Of a stretch of 48,757 nt of DNA, positions 1 to 14,557 are shown in pieces. Origin of the DNA: Octopus sinensis (lineage: Eukaryota); the NCBI RefSeq assembly GCF_006345805.1, contig NW_021834617.1, forward strand, positions 1 to 48,757. Direction: 5' to 3'. A program made the translations under genes and the position numbers. Under the pieces are notes generated by a model. That model saw nothing but the letters and a program-made list of their open reading frames with translations. It was not told the DNA's origin and did no database searches. The first letter of the stretch is position 1; the number at the start of each line of letters is the position of its first letter.

Positions 1-2150
1 CCTCCAGGATTTTCCAGATGTATATCACTGTATCTCTCCCGCCTCCGCTCCAGGGAGAAGAGGTTTAATACCTTCAGTCTTTCCCAGTAGCTGACATTTT
101 GCATTGAGACGATTTTCTTTGTGTAGCTTCTCTGAATTGCTTCGAGTTCTGCTGTTAGCTTTATATTGTGTGGTGACCAAAGTTGGGAGCAGTAGTCCAA
201 GCAGCTGAGGACGAATGTTTTCCCTAGGACCATCAATGTCTCCTTCTCTCTTGTTCTGAAAGTTCGGAGAATCCATCCAGCTAGCCGTCTGCATTTTATC
301 ACCAGATTAGCAATATGCATTTGGAAAGATGCATCATTGCTCATGTCAATGCCCAGGTCACGCACTGATTTTGACTCAGGGATTGCAATTCTTCCTGGGC
401 CAGTGTATCCAGTCTTCACGTCATTTACCTTTGTGTGCCAGTAGCGCAGGCCTGGAACTTACCTGCATTAAACTGCATGTTGTTGTCCTCAGCCCACCTG
501 TATATTGTGTCCATCTCATGTTGCAGATGCGCAATATTTTCAGGGTTTTGTATTGCGTGGGAGACTTTTGTGTCATCTGCATAGCTAGCAAGGGTGGTCA
601 TCGTAGCAACTGAAGGCATGTCTGAAGGGCCACTATGAACATCAGTGCCCCAAGACAGTGCCCTGTGGACACCGCTTGTTATTTGCGTTTCCTTGGAGGT
701 GGCTCCATTGCTCACAACTGCCTGTTTTCTGTCTTTTAGGAAGTTGTGCAGCCACTCTCCAAGTTTCCCGCCTATGCCGAGACCACGCAGTTTGTGACAG
801 ATCATACCATGATCGACTTTATCAAAGGCTTTTGCAAAGTCGAGATATATTACATCCACATTTGAGCCATTTAGCAGCTGTTTCAACAGCCAGTCATAGT
901 GTTGCAGGAGCTGTGTTAGGCAGCTTCTACCTGGTCGAAATCCATGCTGGGTGTCAGACAGCAAGTCATTTTCTTCAAGGAACATGATTAGTTTCTTACG
1001 GACTATTCGTTCCATGACTTTGCTGATGTGAGGTCAGAGAGATAGGCCTATAATTTTTAGCATCTGCTCTGCTACCTCCCTTATGGATAGGGCATATTAC
1101 CACCTCTTTCAATTTGACAGGGAGCTTACCACTTGCAAGAAAGCTCTGAAAAAGAAGCTGTAGCGGTTTTGCAAGGGCTCGTTTGCATGATTTGAGAAGG
1201 ATCGCTGGGAATCCATCAGGTCCAGCAGCTGAGTTTGTGTCAATCTCATCAATGGCTAGTGTGATATCATCATCTTCGATGTTGATGTACTCAATTTTTG
1301 TCTCTTTGGCCGCAGGTGAAGTGGCAGTCTCTTTGGCCGCAGGTAAAGTGGCAAAGAATTCTTCTGGGTTGTTTACTTGCCTGTGTCCTAGAGGTGTAGT
1401 GAACACACTTTGGAACTGTTCGTTCAGTATTTCACTTATCCTCCTTGTAGGCTGCATGTCCATGCTTTCCTTTGGCCCGTACATAGTCAGCTCTACCATG
1501 TTGTGATCTGAGAGTAGTGTCGGTGTCACTTTCACATTATGGATGAGATCCATATTATTTGTGAAGCAGAGGTCCAGCGTGTTACCTGCCCTGGTTGGTT
1601 GGAGTATTACTTGCTCCATGTACAGGGTGTTGATGAGGTTCAGGAGGGACCTCGCCTGTCCCCGTTCACATCGTATCATTCCTGGGAGAGAGAGGCCCTC
1701 GGGCCATCTGACATTGGGCAGGTTGAGGTCTCCCATGAGAAGTACACTTATGTGCTGTTCTAGTGTGTCTAGAACATCTTCTATTTTTAAAAGGCAGTCT
1801 TCAAACTTGCCCATATGGCTTGGGGCATCTGGAGGGCGATATGTAGCACACACAACTACATTAAGTTGCCTTATATGTACAATTAGTGTGTCACACACCG
1901 AGTTTGAGTATGACAAAAGGACCTGGGGTGTGAGGTCCTCACGGATGTACATAGCAACTCCTCCATGACTCCTTTCTTTTCTGTCGGTCCGTAGTACAAC
2001 ATACTGTGGTATGTGTAATTCCGCATCCGCTACGTCCGGTTTCAGGTGTGTTTCCGTAAGTGCTATGCATAAGGTTTGATTGCATGCAACAAAGTCTCTC
2101 AAGAACGGGACTTTTGTACTGTTACTGTGTGTTAGTAGTCCTCTGATGTT
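1..2150 (-). mobile_element. CR1-like LINE ORF2 (AP endonuclease + reverse transcriptase), frameshifted, with an internal deletion near 1440; runs off the window edge
   Basis: APE motifs LNIRGL, LTETHL, GGVAMY, YRPP, GDLNLP, TLDLCF, SDHNMV in ORF 996-2306; RT motifs NYRPISLTS, QHGFRPGRSC, YLDFAKAFDKVDH, YADDTK in ORF 425-1015; frames broken near 1015 and 640. Confidence 0.9.
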
Positions 2151-2274
2151 CAGTAGGAGCATCGAGGTGAGGTGTATGCTGTTGCCGGTGGTGTCCACCC
2201 TGGGTCCATCTGCTGTGGCGGTCTTGTGAACTGTGAGTAGTCCCATCTGCGAGCTTGAGTTTGATGGAGCCAGG

Positions 2275-3040
2275 TTAGCTGCTGTACAATCTTGTGTGCC
2301 ATGCACAAAAAAGATTCCTGCTCAGCAGCTGCCCTTTCAACAACACGTTGGCGGTTTGTGGCACGCACCACATCTGCGTAACTCCATTTTGGGGCTGTGA
2401 TGCGTGGTCCATCCCATTTCCTTTCGGTGGTTGGTTTCTGCGGCAGGGTCCCGGATGTGCAAAACGGCAGCCTACATCTTCCTCTCCATGCCGGCAGGCA
2501 CCTCTCAGGTAGAACCTACATACCCGTGTGCACTGCTTGTTTCCATCCTTTTTGGCATATGGATAGTTAGGTTTGCCTCTATCCCTGGCTGCCTTGCCCC
2601 TTGGCTTTGCCTGAGTTTTAGCTTCAGTTTTTCTTCCTTTTTTGGTTCTTTCATCTCCATGTCCATGGCTTTTGCTGCCGGTAGGATCATCCGCACCTGG
2701 GTTCACCTCCCGGGCAGGCCTTTCACTGGAGTTTTCTTCCTGAGCGTCTACCAGGTGGGGGTGACCCTCCTCATCAGCGCCCGCGTCTCCATCCTTGCCA
2801 TCTTTACTTTCTTCGCGTTTTTCGCTGTCAAAGATGGCATCCAGCGTGTTAATGTGTGATCTGACAAGTGCGTAGGAGCGTATAAATTCTTGCTTCTTCC
2901 GCTCTATTTGAGCTGACGTCCTTTTGTATCCGCTGTTCTTCAGCGCAGCCGTAATTATGTTATTTGGATATCACCGTCAGCGCATCGCCATCCTCGCAGG
3001 AACAACGCCAATTCGTCACGTTTCCAGGTTCTGGACATTC
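2275..3040 (-). mobile_element. 5' UTR and degenerate ORF1 of the CR1-like LINE, with a CCCH zinc finger
   Basis: ATG at 2840-2838; basic low-complexity N-terminus with stops and frameshifts; CRFYLRGACRHGEEDVGCRFAH (C-x7-C-x8-C-x3-H) at 2520-2455; CpG-rich 5' UTR to about 3040. Confidence 0.7.
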
Positions 3041-3109
3041 TTGATATTCTATCTATCTATCTATCTAATTATATTAATTTATATTAATCTAATAGTGCAA
3101 TAGGGGGTA

Positions 3110-3910
3110 GGGAGGAAATAGAGAAAGAGAGAGAGAGAGAGCGTCTATGTACTTAAGGAGAGATTGGGAGCCAAAAGGAGAGAGTAGGAGAGAAGAGGAA
3201 GAGGAGAGACTGAGAGCTGAAGGGAGAGAAAGCGTCTATGTACTTAGAGAGAGATTGAGAACTGAGAGAGGAGAGTAAGATAGAAGAGAGTAATGAAGAG
3301 ACAAGGAGAAGCGTGAGGGAGAGAACTGAAGAGACAGAGAGAGAAGGAAGAAATAGAGAAAGAATATATATATCTGTTCGCAGAAGAGGGAGAGAACTGA
3401 AGAGTCAGAGAGAGAGAAGGAAGAAATAGAGAAAGAATATATGTATCTGAAAGAGGAGAGTAAGATAGAAGAGAGTAATGGAGAGACAAGGAGAAGCGGG
3501 AGAGAAATATATATATCTGTTCGCAGAAGAGGGAGAGAACTGAAGAGACAGAGAGAGAAGGAAGAAATAGAGAAAGAATATATATATCTGAAAGAGGAGA
3601 GTAATGAAATGACAAGGAGAGGCGAGAGGGAGAGAACTGAAGAGATAGAGAGAGAGGGAAGAATTCTAAACGAAGCTAATTGTACACACACAAACAGCTA
3701 AATAAAGCACACACATATACATATGTATACATACATATACATAGAGAAAGAATATATATATCTGAAATAGGAGAGTAATGAAGAGACAAGGAGAAGCGTG
3801 AGGGAGAGAACTACAGAGAGAGAGGGAAGAATTCTAAACGAAGCTAATTGTGCACACACAAACAGCTAAATAAAGCACACACATATACATATGTATACAT
3901 ACATATACAT
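3110..3910. repeat. GA-rich degenerate tandem repeat, including a 168-bp-period duplication
   Basis: Recurrent GGAAGAAATAGAGAAAGAATATATATATCTG blocks; GAATTCTAAACGAAGCTAATTGT at 3661 and 3829. Confidence 0.85.
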
Positions 3911-4014
3911 ACACATATATACACACGTGTGCACATACACATATATAAACATATATTTATATCTTTTTAAATTTTATCTTCTGGTTAAAAGAACACTAAT
4001 GATAATGATAATAA

Positions 4015-4122
4015 ATAATATATATATATATATATATACATTATATATATATATATATATATATACATATATATACATTCATTATATATATATATATACA
4101 TTCATATATATATATATATACA

Positions 4123-4157
<35 letters not shown>

Positions 4158-4425
4158 TCATATATATATATATATACATATATATACATTCATATATATA
4201 TATATATATATACATTCATATATATATATATATATATATACATATATATACATTCATATATATACATATATATACATTCATATATATATATATTATACAT
4301 TCATATATATATATATATACATTCATATATTATATATATATACATATATATACATATATACATTCATATTATATATATATATAATACACATATATATATA
4401 TACATATATATATATATACATTTAC

Positions 4426-4456
<31 letters not shown>

Positions 4457-4544
4457 CACATTCATATATAATACATATATATATATATAACACATATATA
4501 TATATACATTTATATATATATATACATATATATATATATACATT

Positions 4545-4576
<32 letters not shown>

Positions 4577-4705
4577 CATTTATATATATATATATATATA
4601 CATTCATATATATATAATATATATATACATTCATTATATTATATATATATATATACATTCATATATATATATATATATATATACATTCATATATATATAT
4701 ATACA

Positions 4706-4756
<51 letters not shown>

Positions 4757-4827
4757 TCATATATATATATACACATCATATATATATATATATATACACA
4801 TTCATTATATATATATATATATACACA

Positions 4828-4864
<37 letters not shown>

Positions 4865-5032
4865 TCATATATATATATACACATTCATATATATATATAT
4901 ATATTATATTACATTCATATATATATATACACATTCATATATATATATATATACACGTTCATATATATATATATATTACATTCATATATATATATATACA
5001 CATTCATATATATATATATATATACAATTCAT

Positions 5033-5063
<31 letters not shown>

Positions 5064-5154
5064 TATATATATATACATTCATTCATATATATATTATATA
5101 TATATTCATATATATATATCATTCATATATATATATAGATATATATATACATTC

Positions 5155-5186
<32 letters not shown>

Positions 5187-5267
5187 TTCATATATATATA
5201 TATACACATTCAATTATATATTATATATATACATTCATTCATATATATATATATATATATACATTCA

Positions 5268-5310
<43 letters not shown>

Positions 5311-5927
5311 CATTCATTCATATATATATATACATTCAATATATATATATATATATATATACATTCATAATATATATATATATATATATATTACATTCAT
5401 ATATATACATATATATATATTATATATACATTCATATATATATAATATATATATATACATTCATATATATATATATATATATATACATTCATATATATAT
5501 ACATATATATATATTATTACATTCATATATATATACATAGATATATATATATACATTCATATATATACATATATATATATACACATTCATATATATATAT
5601 ATATATATTACATATATATATTATATACATTCATATATAATATTACATTCATATATATATATATATATACATTCATATATATATATATATATACATTCAT
5701 AATATATATATACATAATATATATAATATATATATATATAATACATTCATATATATATATACATATATATTATATATTACATTCATATATAATACATATA
5801 TATATATATATACATTCATATATATATATATATCTACATTCATATATATATACATATATATATATATACATCATATATATATACATATATATATATATAC
5901 ATTCATATATATATATATATATATACA

Positions 5928-5964
<37 letters not shown>

Positions 5965-6652
5965 TCATATATATATATATATACACACACATTCATATAT
6001 ACATATATATACACATTCATACATATATATATATACACATTCATATATATATATATATACATTCATATATATATATATATATACATTCATATATATATAT
6101 ATATATACATTCAATATATATATATACATTCATATATATATTCATTCATATATATATATATATATACATATATATAATATATATATACATTCATACATAT
6201 ATATATATCATATATATATATATATATATATATACATTCATATATATATATATATATTCATATATATATATATATATCATATATATATATACATTCATAT
6301 ATATATATATATATACATTCATATATAATATATATACATTCATATTATATAATATTCATATATATATATACATTCATACATATTATATATATTCATATCT
6401 ATATATATATATATAATATACATTCATATATATATATATATATATACATTCATATATATATATATATACATTCATACATATATATATATATATACATTCA
6501 TCATATATATATATATATATATATACATTCATTCATATAATATATATATATATATATATTATATATATACATTCATTCATATATATATATACATTCATAT
6601 ATATATATATATATACATTCATTATATATATATATATTATATATATACATTC

Positions 6653-6687
<35 letters not shown>

Positions 6688-6723
6688 CATTCATATATAT
6701 ATACATATATATATATATACATC

Positions 6724-6755
<32 letters not shown>

Positions 6756-6865
6756 TATATTCATATATATATACCATATATATATATATACATTCATATA
6801 TATATACATATATATATATATACATTCATATATATATATATATATATATACACATTCATATATAA

Positions 6866-6898
<33 letters not shown>

Positions 6899-8211
6899 CA
6901 TTCATATATATATATACATTCATATATATATATATATATACATTCATATATATATATATATACATTCATATATAATACATATATATATATATATTCTATA
7001 TATATCATTCATATATAATACATATATATTATATATATACATTCATATTATATATATATTATATATATATATACATTCATATATATATATTCTATATATA
7101 TATATATACACATATATATATATACATTCATATATATATACATATATATATATATAACATTCATATATATATATATATATATACATTCATATATATAATA
7201 TATATTATATATATTATACATTCATATATATATATATACACACACATTCATATATATATACATATTATATATATATATATATATACACATATATATATAT
7301 ATATATACACATTCATATATATATATATATACATTCATATATATATATATATACATTCATATATAATATATATATACATTCATATATTATATATATACAT
7401 TCATACATATATATATATATTCATATTATAATATATATATATACATTCATATATATATATATATATCATATATATATATAATATATTATATATACATTCA
7501 TATATATATATATATATATACATTCATATATAATATATATACATTCATATATATATATACATTCATATATATATATACATTCTATATATATATATCTATT
7601 CATATATATATAATATATATATATTACATTCATATATATATATATATATACATTCATATATATATTATATATAATATACATTCATAATATATATATACAT
7701 TCATACATATATATTATATATATATATACATTCATATATATATATACATTCATATATATATATATATATATATATATTATACATTCATACATATATATAT
7801 CTATATACTTCATATATATATTATATCTATATACATTCATATATATATATATATATCTATATACATTCAATATATATATATATATCATATATATATATTC
7901 ATATATATAATATATATCTATATACATTCATATATATATATATATCTATATACATTCATATATATATATATCTATATACATTCATATATATATATATATC
8001 TATATACATTCATATATATATATATATCTATATACATTCATATAGATATATATATCTATATACATTCATATATATATATCTTATACATTCATATATATAT
8101 ATCTATATATTCATATATATATATCTATATATTCATATATATATATATATATTCATATATATATATACTATATATTCAATATATATATAATATATATATT
8201 ATATATATACA

Positions 8212-8260
<49 letters not shown>

Positions 8261-9341
8261 TCTATATATATATATAATATATATCATATATATATAATAT
8301 TATATATATATATTCATATATATATATATATATCATATATCTATATATATTATATATTCATATATATATATTATCATAATATATATATATATATATATTC
8401 ATATATATATATATCATATAATATATATATATATATATATATATTCATATATATATATATTCATATATATATTATATATTATATATTCATATATAATATT
8501 ATATATATATATATATATCATTATATATATATATATATTCATATATATATATATTCATATATATATATATATAATATATATATTCATATATATATTATAT
8601 AATATATTCATAATATATATATATATATATAATATATTCATATATATATTATATATAATTCATATATATATATATATATATATATTCATTATATATATAT
8701 ATATTATTCATATATATATATATCATATATATTCATATATATATATATATATTCATAATATATATATATATATTATATATATTCATATATATATATATAT
8801 AGATATATACATATTATATATATATATATATATTCATATATATATATATATATATATTCATATATATATATATATTCATATATATATATATATATATATT
8901 CATATATATATATATATATATATATATTCATATATATATATATATTCATTATAATATATATATATATATTCATATATCTATATATATATATATATATTCA
9001 TATATATATAATATTCATATATAATATATATATATTCATATATATATATATATATATATATATTCATATATATATATATATATATATTCATATATATATA
9101 TATTCATATATATATATATATAATATATATATTCATATATATATATATATATATTCATAATATATATATATATATATATATATTCATCTATATATATATA
9201 TATATATTCATATATATATATATATATATATATTCATATATATATATATATATATTCATAATATATATATATATATATTCATCTATATATATATATATAT
9301 TCATATATATATATATATATATTCATATATATATATATATA

Positions 9342-9426
<85 letters not shown>

Positions 9427-9463
9427 TATTATATAATATATATATATATATATATTCATATAT

Positions 9464-9509
<46 letters not shown>

Positions 9510-9531
9510 CATATATATATAATATATATAT
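4015..9531. repeat. About 5.5-kb interrupted (TA)n microsatellite
   Basis: Continuous TA runs punctuated by CATTCA, TTCA and TCTATA. Confidence 0.98.
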
Positions 9532-10552
9532 CTGGATGTGTAATGTCAGTGTACATACTCGACAGAGTGTAAATACCTTGATAGAAAAGCTGGATCTAAG
9601 AAGCATCAGCTGTGGTGTGCAAGAGAGATGACTGCACTGGTATGGTTATGTGGCGAGAATGGATGAAGATAGCTGTGTGAAAAAGTGCCAATCCCTGGCG
9701 GATGAGGGAACCCCTGGAAGAGGTAGACCCAGGAAAACCTGGGACGAGGTGGTGAAGCATGACCTTCGAACATAAGGCGCCACCGAGGCAATGACTAGTG
9801 ACTGAGAGCTTTGGAAATATGTTGTGCGTGAGACGACCTGGCAGGACAAGTGAGTCCATCCCGTATCCTTTGCCAGGGATGTGACCAGCCCACTTATGCA
9901 TGCCTTTCCTTCCTTGGACAGGCGAAGACCTGTTGAGGCAAGTGAAGTCAAAATTAAATTCGATATTGAACCTCATTCGACGACTGGCACCCATGCCAAC
10001 CTCCCTCCATTGGACACTAAACTCTGCTTGTGAAGACCTGTTGGTGCAAGTGAAATCGGAATCAAAATTGACCCAATCCTATGACTGGCACCCAGCAGTT
10101 GCCAGTGCTGCTAGACTGATTTCTGTGCAGGTGGCAAGTAAAGAAACACCATTTTGACCCTGTGCCTGAGGAGACCTATTGAGTCAAGTACATCAACATC
10201 AAAAATCAATGGAAATTGCAGTTGTGATCCCTGTGCCGGTGGCACGTAAACAGCACCATCCGAACGTGGCAGATCCCAGTGCCGCCTTGACTGGCTTCCG
10301 TGCTGGGGGCACGTAAAAAGCACCAACCCGATTGTGACCGTTGCCAGCCTCGCCTGGCACCTGTGCTGGTGGCACGTAAAAAGCACCCACTACACTCACG
10401 GAGTGGTTGGTGTTAGGAAGGGCATTCAGCAGTAGAAACACTGCCAGATAAGACTGGGACCTGGTGCAGCCTTCTGGCTTCCCAGATCCTGTTCGAACCG
10501 TCTAACCCATGCTAGCATGGAAAACGGACGTTAAACGATGGTGATGATGATG
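9532..10552 (+). mobile_element. RTE-type LINE 3' fragment joined to a non-autonomous tail repeat ending in (GAT)n
   Basis: Decayed C-terminal RTE-type peptide LHWYGYVARMDEDSCVKKC...GRGRPRKTWDEVV; tandem GGCACGTAAAAAGCA units; terminus CCCATGCTAGCATGGAAAACGGACGTTAAACGATG. Confidence 0.7.
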
Positions 10553-11236
10553 ATATATATAGATCAAAATGAGGGTGAAAAATTGTATATTAATTTAATA
10601 TCAGTTTAACACCAATGGTTTAGCGCATAAAAAACTGAGATTCAGTAAATATTATTAATACATATATGAAAGGGAATCCACTAAAAGTGAACTCCCTTAG
10701 GCTAGCCACTAAAAGTCGTTCTCAAGAAAAAATTTAGCACACCATGAACGTAAGCGGGCAGGACAAATGAAAAATAATAAAAATATAGATTAACCCCCTA
10801 CAATTGTTTCACTGTTAATAAATTATGCAATTTTACTTACACAATTAATTTGCAAATCGTCAGTAGAGTCTGTCAAGAATATAATTTGTCAAACTGTATG
10901 CCATATATTAACACGAGGCCAAAAATACGAGCAGTACTGTAATGGTTTCTATGGCTATGTCCTTCCTAATGCCAACACCTTCACAGTGTGTGCTGGGTAT
11001 TTTATATGTGATATTGGCACTAGTGAGGTCACAAAGTAACTTATAAGACAAGATTGTTCAACTGATGGGTGTGTAGTACAGAAGGAGTGATATATCAAAT
11101 TATGATAGAGGGACAGAAAGCGGTAGAGAGGAGATATGATGACTCCAGTTGGAAAAAGAGAAGATGATGATGAAGAGGTGTCAGGGTATACCCTCAAGTT
11201 ACAGGAAGGTGAATATCAGAGGGGTGGTCCAGAGTA

Positions 11237-12478
11237 TGAGGGGTGTTCATTAAAGATTTCCCCTGACCCACTTCCAGTTATTGCAAGAAACAGAACTTGT
11301 ACAGCTATAATCATACATGTCACATTGTGAATTGCAGTTTTCCACTAGTATTTGTTTGTCTTTTATGACTGCTAAAGTGGACTTAGGTGTTATAATGGAG
11401 GTAGTTGCATGCAGATCAGTGATCAGGTTTTATACTTGAAAGGTTGTACACCAAAAGAGACTTTCAATGAGATGAAAGTTTATGGTGATGATGCACCATC
11501 ATATGATGTAGTCAAGCACTGACATCACTAGTTCAAATGTGGTTGGACAGCAGTGGTAACTGTTTCTATTCCTGGACGACCATTGATGCGTTCATAAAGT
11601 GGAAGCCACCATTTTGGAGGATCATCACATAACTATTCGGCAACTAGCCCAAGAAGTGAAGATAAGTGTAGGGTCCATGGAAAAAAATCCTCCATGACCA
11701 TTTGCATATGTGGAAGTTGTCTGCATGATGGATTCCCTGGATGCTCACACTTTTTTCAGAAGCAGGAACGAATCAATTGCTCCCAGACTCTTTTGTCAAT
11801 GTCCCAAGAAAACGAGGACTTTTTTGGCAGACTTATCACACAGGATGAGACATGGGTCCATCACTATGATCCTGAGATTAAAGTCCAGAGAAAGCAATAG
11901 AAGCAGGATAAGTCACCATCTCCAAAGAAGTCTTGTGTCCAACCCACAAGATGATGCTCACAGTCTTTGGGACCAGTGTGGAGTAGTTATGATGGATTTT
12001 CTGGTAAAGAATACCACAAAAGATGGGGCATATTATGCTTTTCTACTGCAGAAATTGCAGGATGCCATCAAAGCAGAGAGGCATGGCATGCTGACCAAAG
12101 TAGTCTGCCTCTTCCAAGACAACATCCCAGTTCACAATGCATATGTTGCCCAGATCAAAGCACACACCTGTGGCTATGAAATCCTTCTGCACCCCTCTTA
12201 ATCTCTTGACTTCACACTATCTGGCTTCCACCTCTTTCCAACCACGGAGCCTTTTTTGAAGGGGAAGCGCTTTTCAGATGATGATGAGGTAAAACCTTGG
12301 CTCCAGACACAACCTACTGACTTCTACAGATGAGGTCTTGACAGCTGCATAAAGCAATGTGAGAAGTGTGTCACCTTTGGTGGTGGCTATGTAGAGGAGG
12401 ACTAATAATTGTGTCAAGTTTTGTTTATCCCAGTCCTTGAGAAGTGGGTCAGGGGAAATCTTTAATGAACACCCCTTG
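11237..12478 (+). mobile_element. Full-length decayed mariner (DD34D-type) DNA transposon
   Basis: About 38-bp TIRs (TGAGGGGTGTTCATTAAAGATTTCCCCTGACCCACTTC and its near complement at 12441-12478); TA on both sides; transposase remnants ITQDETWVHHYDP and LFQDN...H with stops and frameshifts. Confidence 0.92.
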
Positions 12479-13289
12479 TAAGTTTGCAAGATTATGAAAA
12501 GAGAGTGGCATATAAGGTTGAGCTGCATACTTGCAGCAGTATGATGTAACTAATTTAATGAATTATTAGTTTAATGAATCATCAGAAATCAGATTGTTGG
12601 TATCTCAACAATTTCATTACAATGATTTCAGTAGTCGATATTCAATAATCAATAATTAGTACACATCTCAATAATATAGTTTATAGTGGGAATTCTACTC
12701 ACACATTGACATGAATCAACTAATGACAGGAAGATAAAAAGAAGTTATATAACAAAAACATATGAAACTAAAGATATAAACAACTGTCCAAAAGAAATGT
12801 ATCACCATTTAAGCTACGAGAGAGGTAAAGAAGTGAAAGTGACGTACATGAAATAGGTCATAGGAATAAACTCTCCTACTGGACTACAACAAAAAATAAA
12901 AAGGTTAAACTAATAAAGGAGAAAAATATAATCAGCACAGAACATATAAAGGGCTGTAAAACTAAAAAAATTAAAATAAGTGTGCATTGTGCATAGGGGA
13001 GATCGGAGAACAGGCCAGAAGTATAACTAGTTATAGTGTCACTTCATCAATAATGTTGTATGGGGTTGAAGGACATGACATCCAAAACAACTACATACAC
13101 ACAACACATAAACACACACACACACACAAATACATATACACACATATATAAGGAAACAAAAAACCAACACCATTCAAATAATAAAGCAATAATACCAAAA
13201 TTGCCAACAACAACAACAACAACAATAATACTAATATGACTAATTTCCAGATGCTGAAAACATTCCTCCTCAACCTCTTTCCTAATCTT

Positions 13290-14245
13290 CTAATGTCCAC
13301 AAACTAAGAACGGCCACAATCAATGTTGGCACAATGAAAGGTAGATCTGGTGAGATTGTTGAAATGCTTGAGTGAAGGCATGTAGATGTGTGCTGTGTGC
13401 AAGAAGTACAATCAGCTTGACTGATTACAGGCAAGAGTCATAGATACAAGAGCCTTAAGATTAACAAAGACTAAGGTTTTAGAAAGTAAGGAAACACACA
13501 AAACATTAACCTTTATCAGGTAAATGGCCCTGCTTGATATGTAGGAAAGGTGTAGGTAGGAACTCCATATGGTGTACCTGGTGTACACTAATAGAATGTA
13601 CTTGTTTGTGGAAGATGCACAGGAACCATTAAAGCTACAAATGTTCAGGAAATAGATCCTCTCAAATGCCTCAGGGGCTCTTTAGAGGTAGTGAATAATT
13701 TCTGTTGCCTAGGGGACCTAATTAGTAGTGGGAGGTGGATGTATGGAAAGTGTAATTGCTAGAATAAGATTATGATGGATAAAATTCAGAGCTTTTACCT
13801 CTGCTAGCAACGAAAGATCTCTCTCTGTGAGTGAAAGATAGATTGTATGATGCATGTATAAGAACAGCAATACTACATGGTAATGAGATGTTGGCCCTGA
13901 GATCAGAAGACATGCAAAGACTAGAGAGGAATTAAGGTAGTATGCAGTACATGTACAACAGAGTGCTAGTGTACTGAGTGAAAAGTTAGGTATAAGAAGA
14001 ATTAGATGTAGTATGCAAGAGAGAAGACTGTGCTGGTGTGGCCATGTGATGTGGATGGATGTAGACAGCTGTATAAAGAAGTGCAAATCACTTAAAGTGG
14101 ATGGAACTAGTAGAAGATTGAGATCCAGGAAGACATGGGACACAGTACCGAAGGCTGATATCAGGACACTGAGCCTTACGAAGATGACAAAGGACCAAGA
14201 TATTTGGTGCCTTGCTGTACTCAAGAAGACCAACCTACCACAGCA
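13290..14245 (+). mobile_element. Internally deleted, decayed RTE-type LINE
   Basis: N-terminal APE motif TINVGTMKGRSGEIVEML..HVDVCCVQEV joined to post-RT and C-terminal motifs FCCLGDLI and RRLCWCGHVMWMD...RSRKTWD. Confidence 0.7.
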
Positions 14246-14284
14246 GAATTATTAATGCTCTCATCCTAACTGAAGAAATTTTTG

Positions 14285-14555
14285 CTTTGAAAAGCCCTTG
14301 TGCTGGTTCACATAAAAAGCATCCATGCTGGTCCATATAAAAAGCACCTGTGTCAGTCCAAGTAAAAGAGAACCATGTTGGTCAATATAAAAAGCACCCA
14401 TGCTGGTGCTTCATAAAAAGCACCCAGCATACCCTGTAAAGTGGTTGGTGTTAGGACATGCATCCACCTCTCCAGCTTTCCAGCTTTAATCAAACCACCA
14501 AACCCATGCCAACATGGGTTTGATGGTCTGATTAAATTATGATGATGATGATAAT
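14285..14555 (+). repeat. Non-autonomous tail repeat with tandem ATAAAAAGCA units
   Basis: Same family as 10220-10552 and 46440-46715; ends in CCCATGCCAACATGG and (GAT)n. Confidence 0.6.
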
Positions 14556-14557
14556 AA

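Noticed and set aside
3236-8973. Many ORFs rich in Y/I/M or S/L
   Set aside because: Translations of GA-rich repeats and (TA)n microsatellite, with no protein signal
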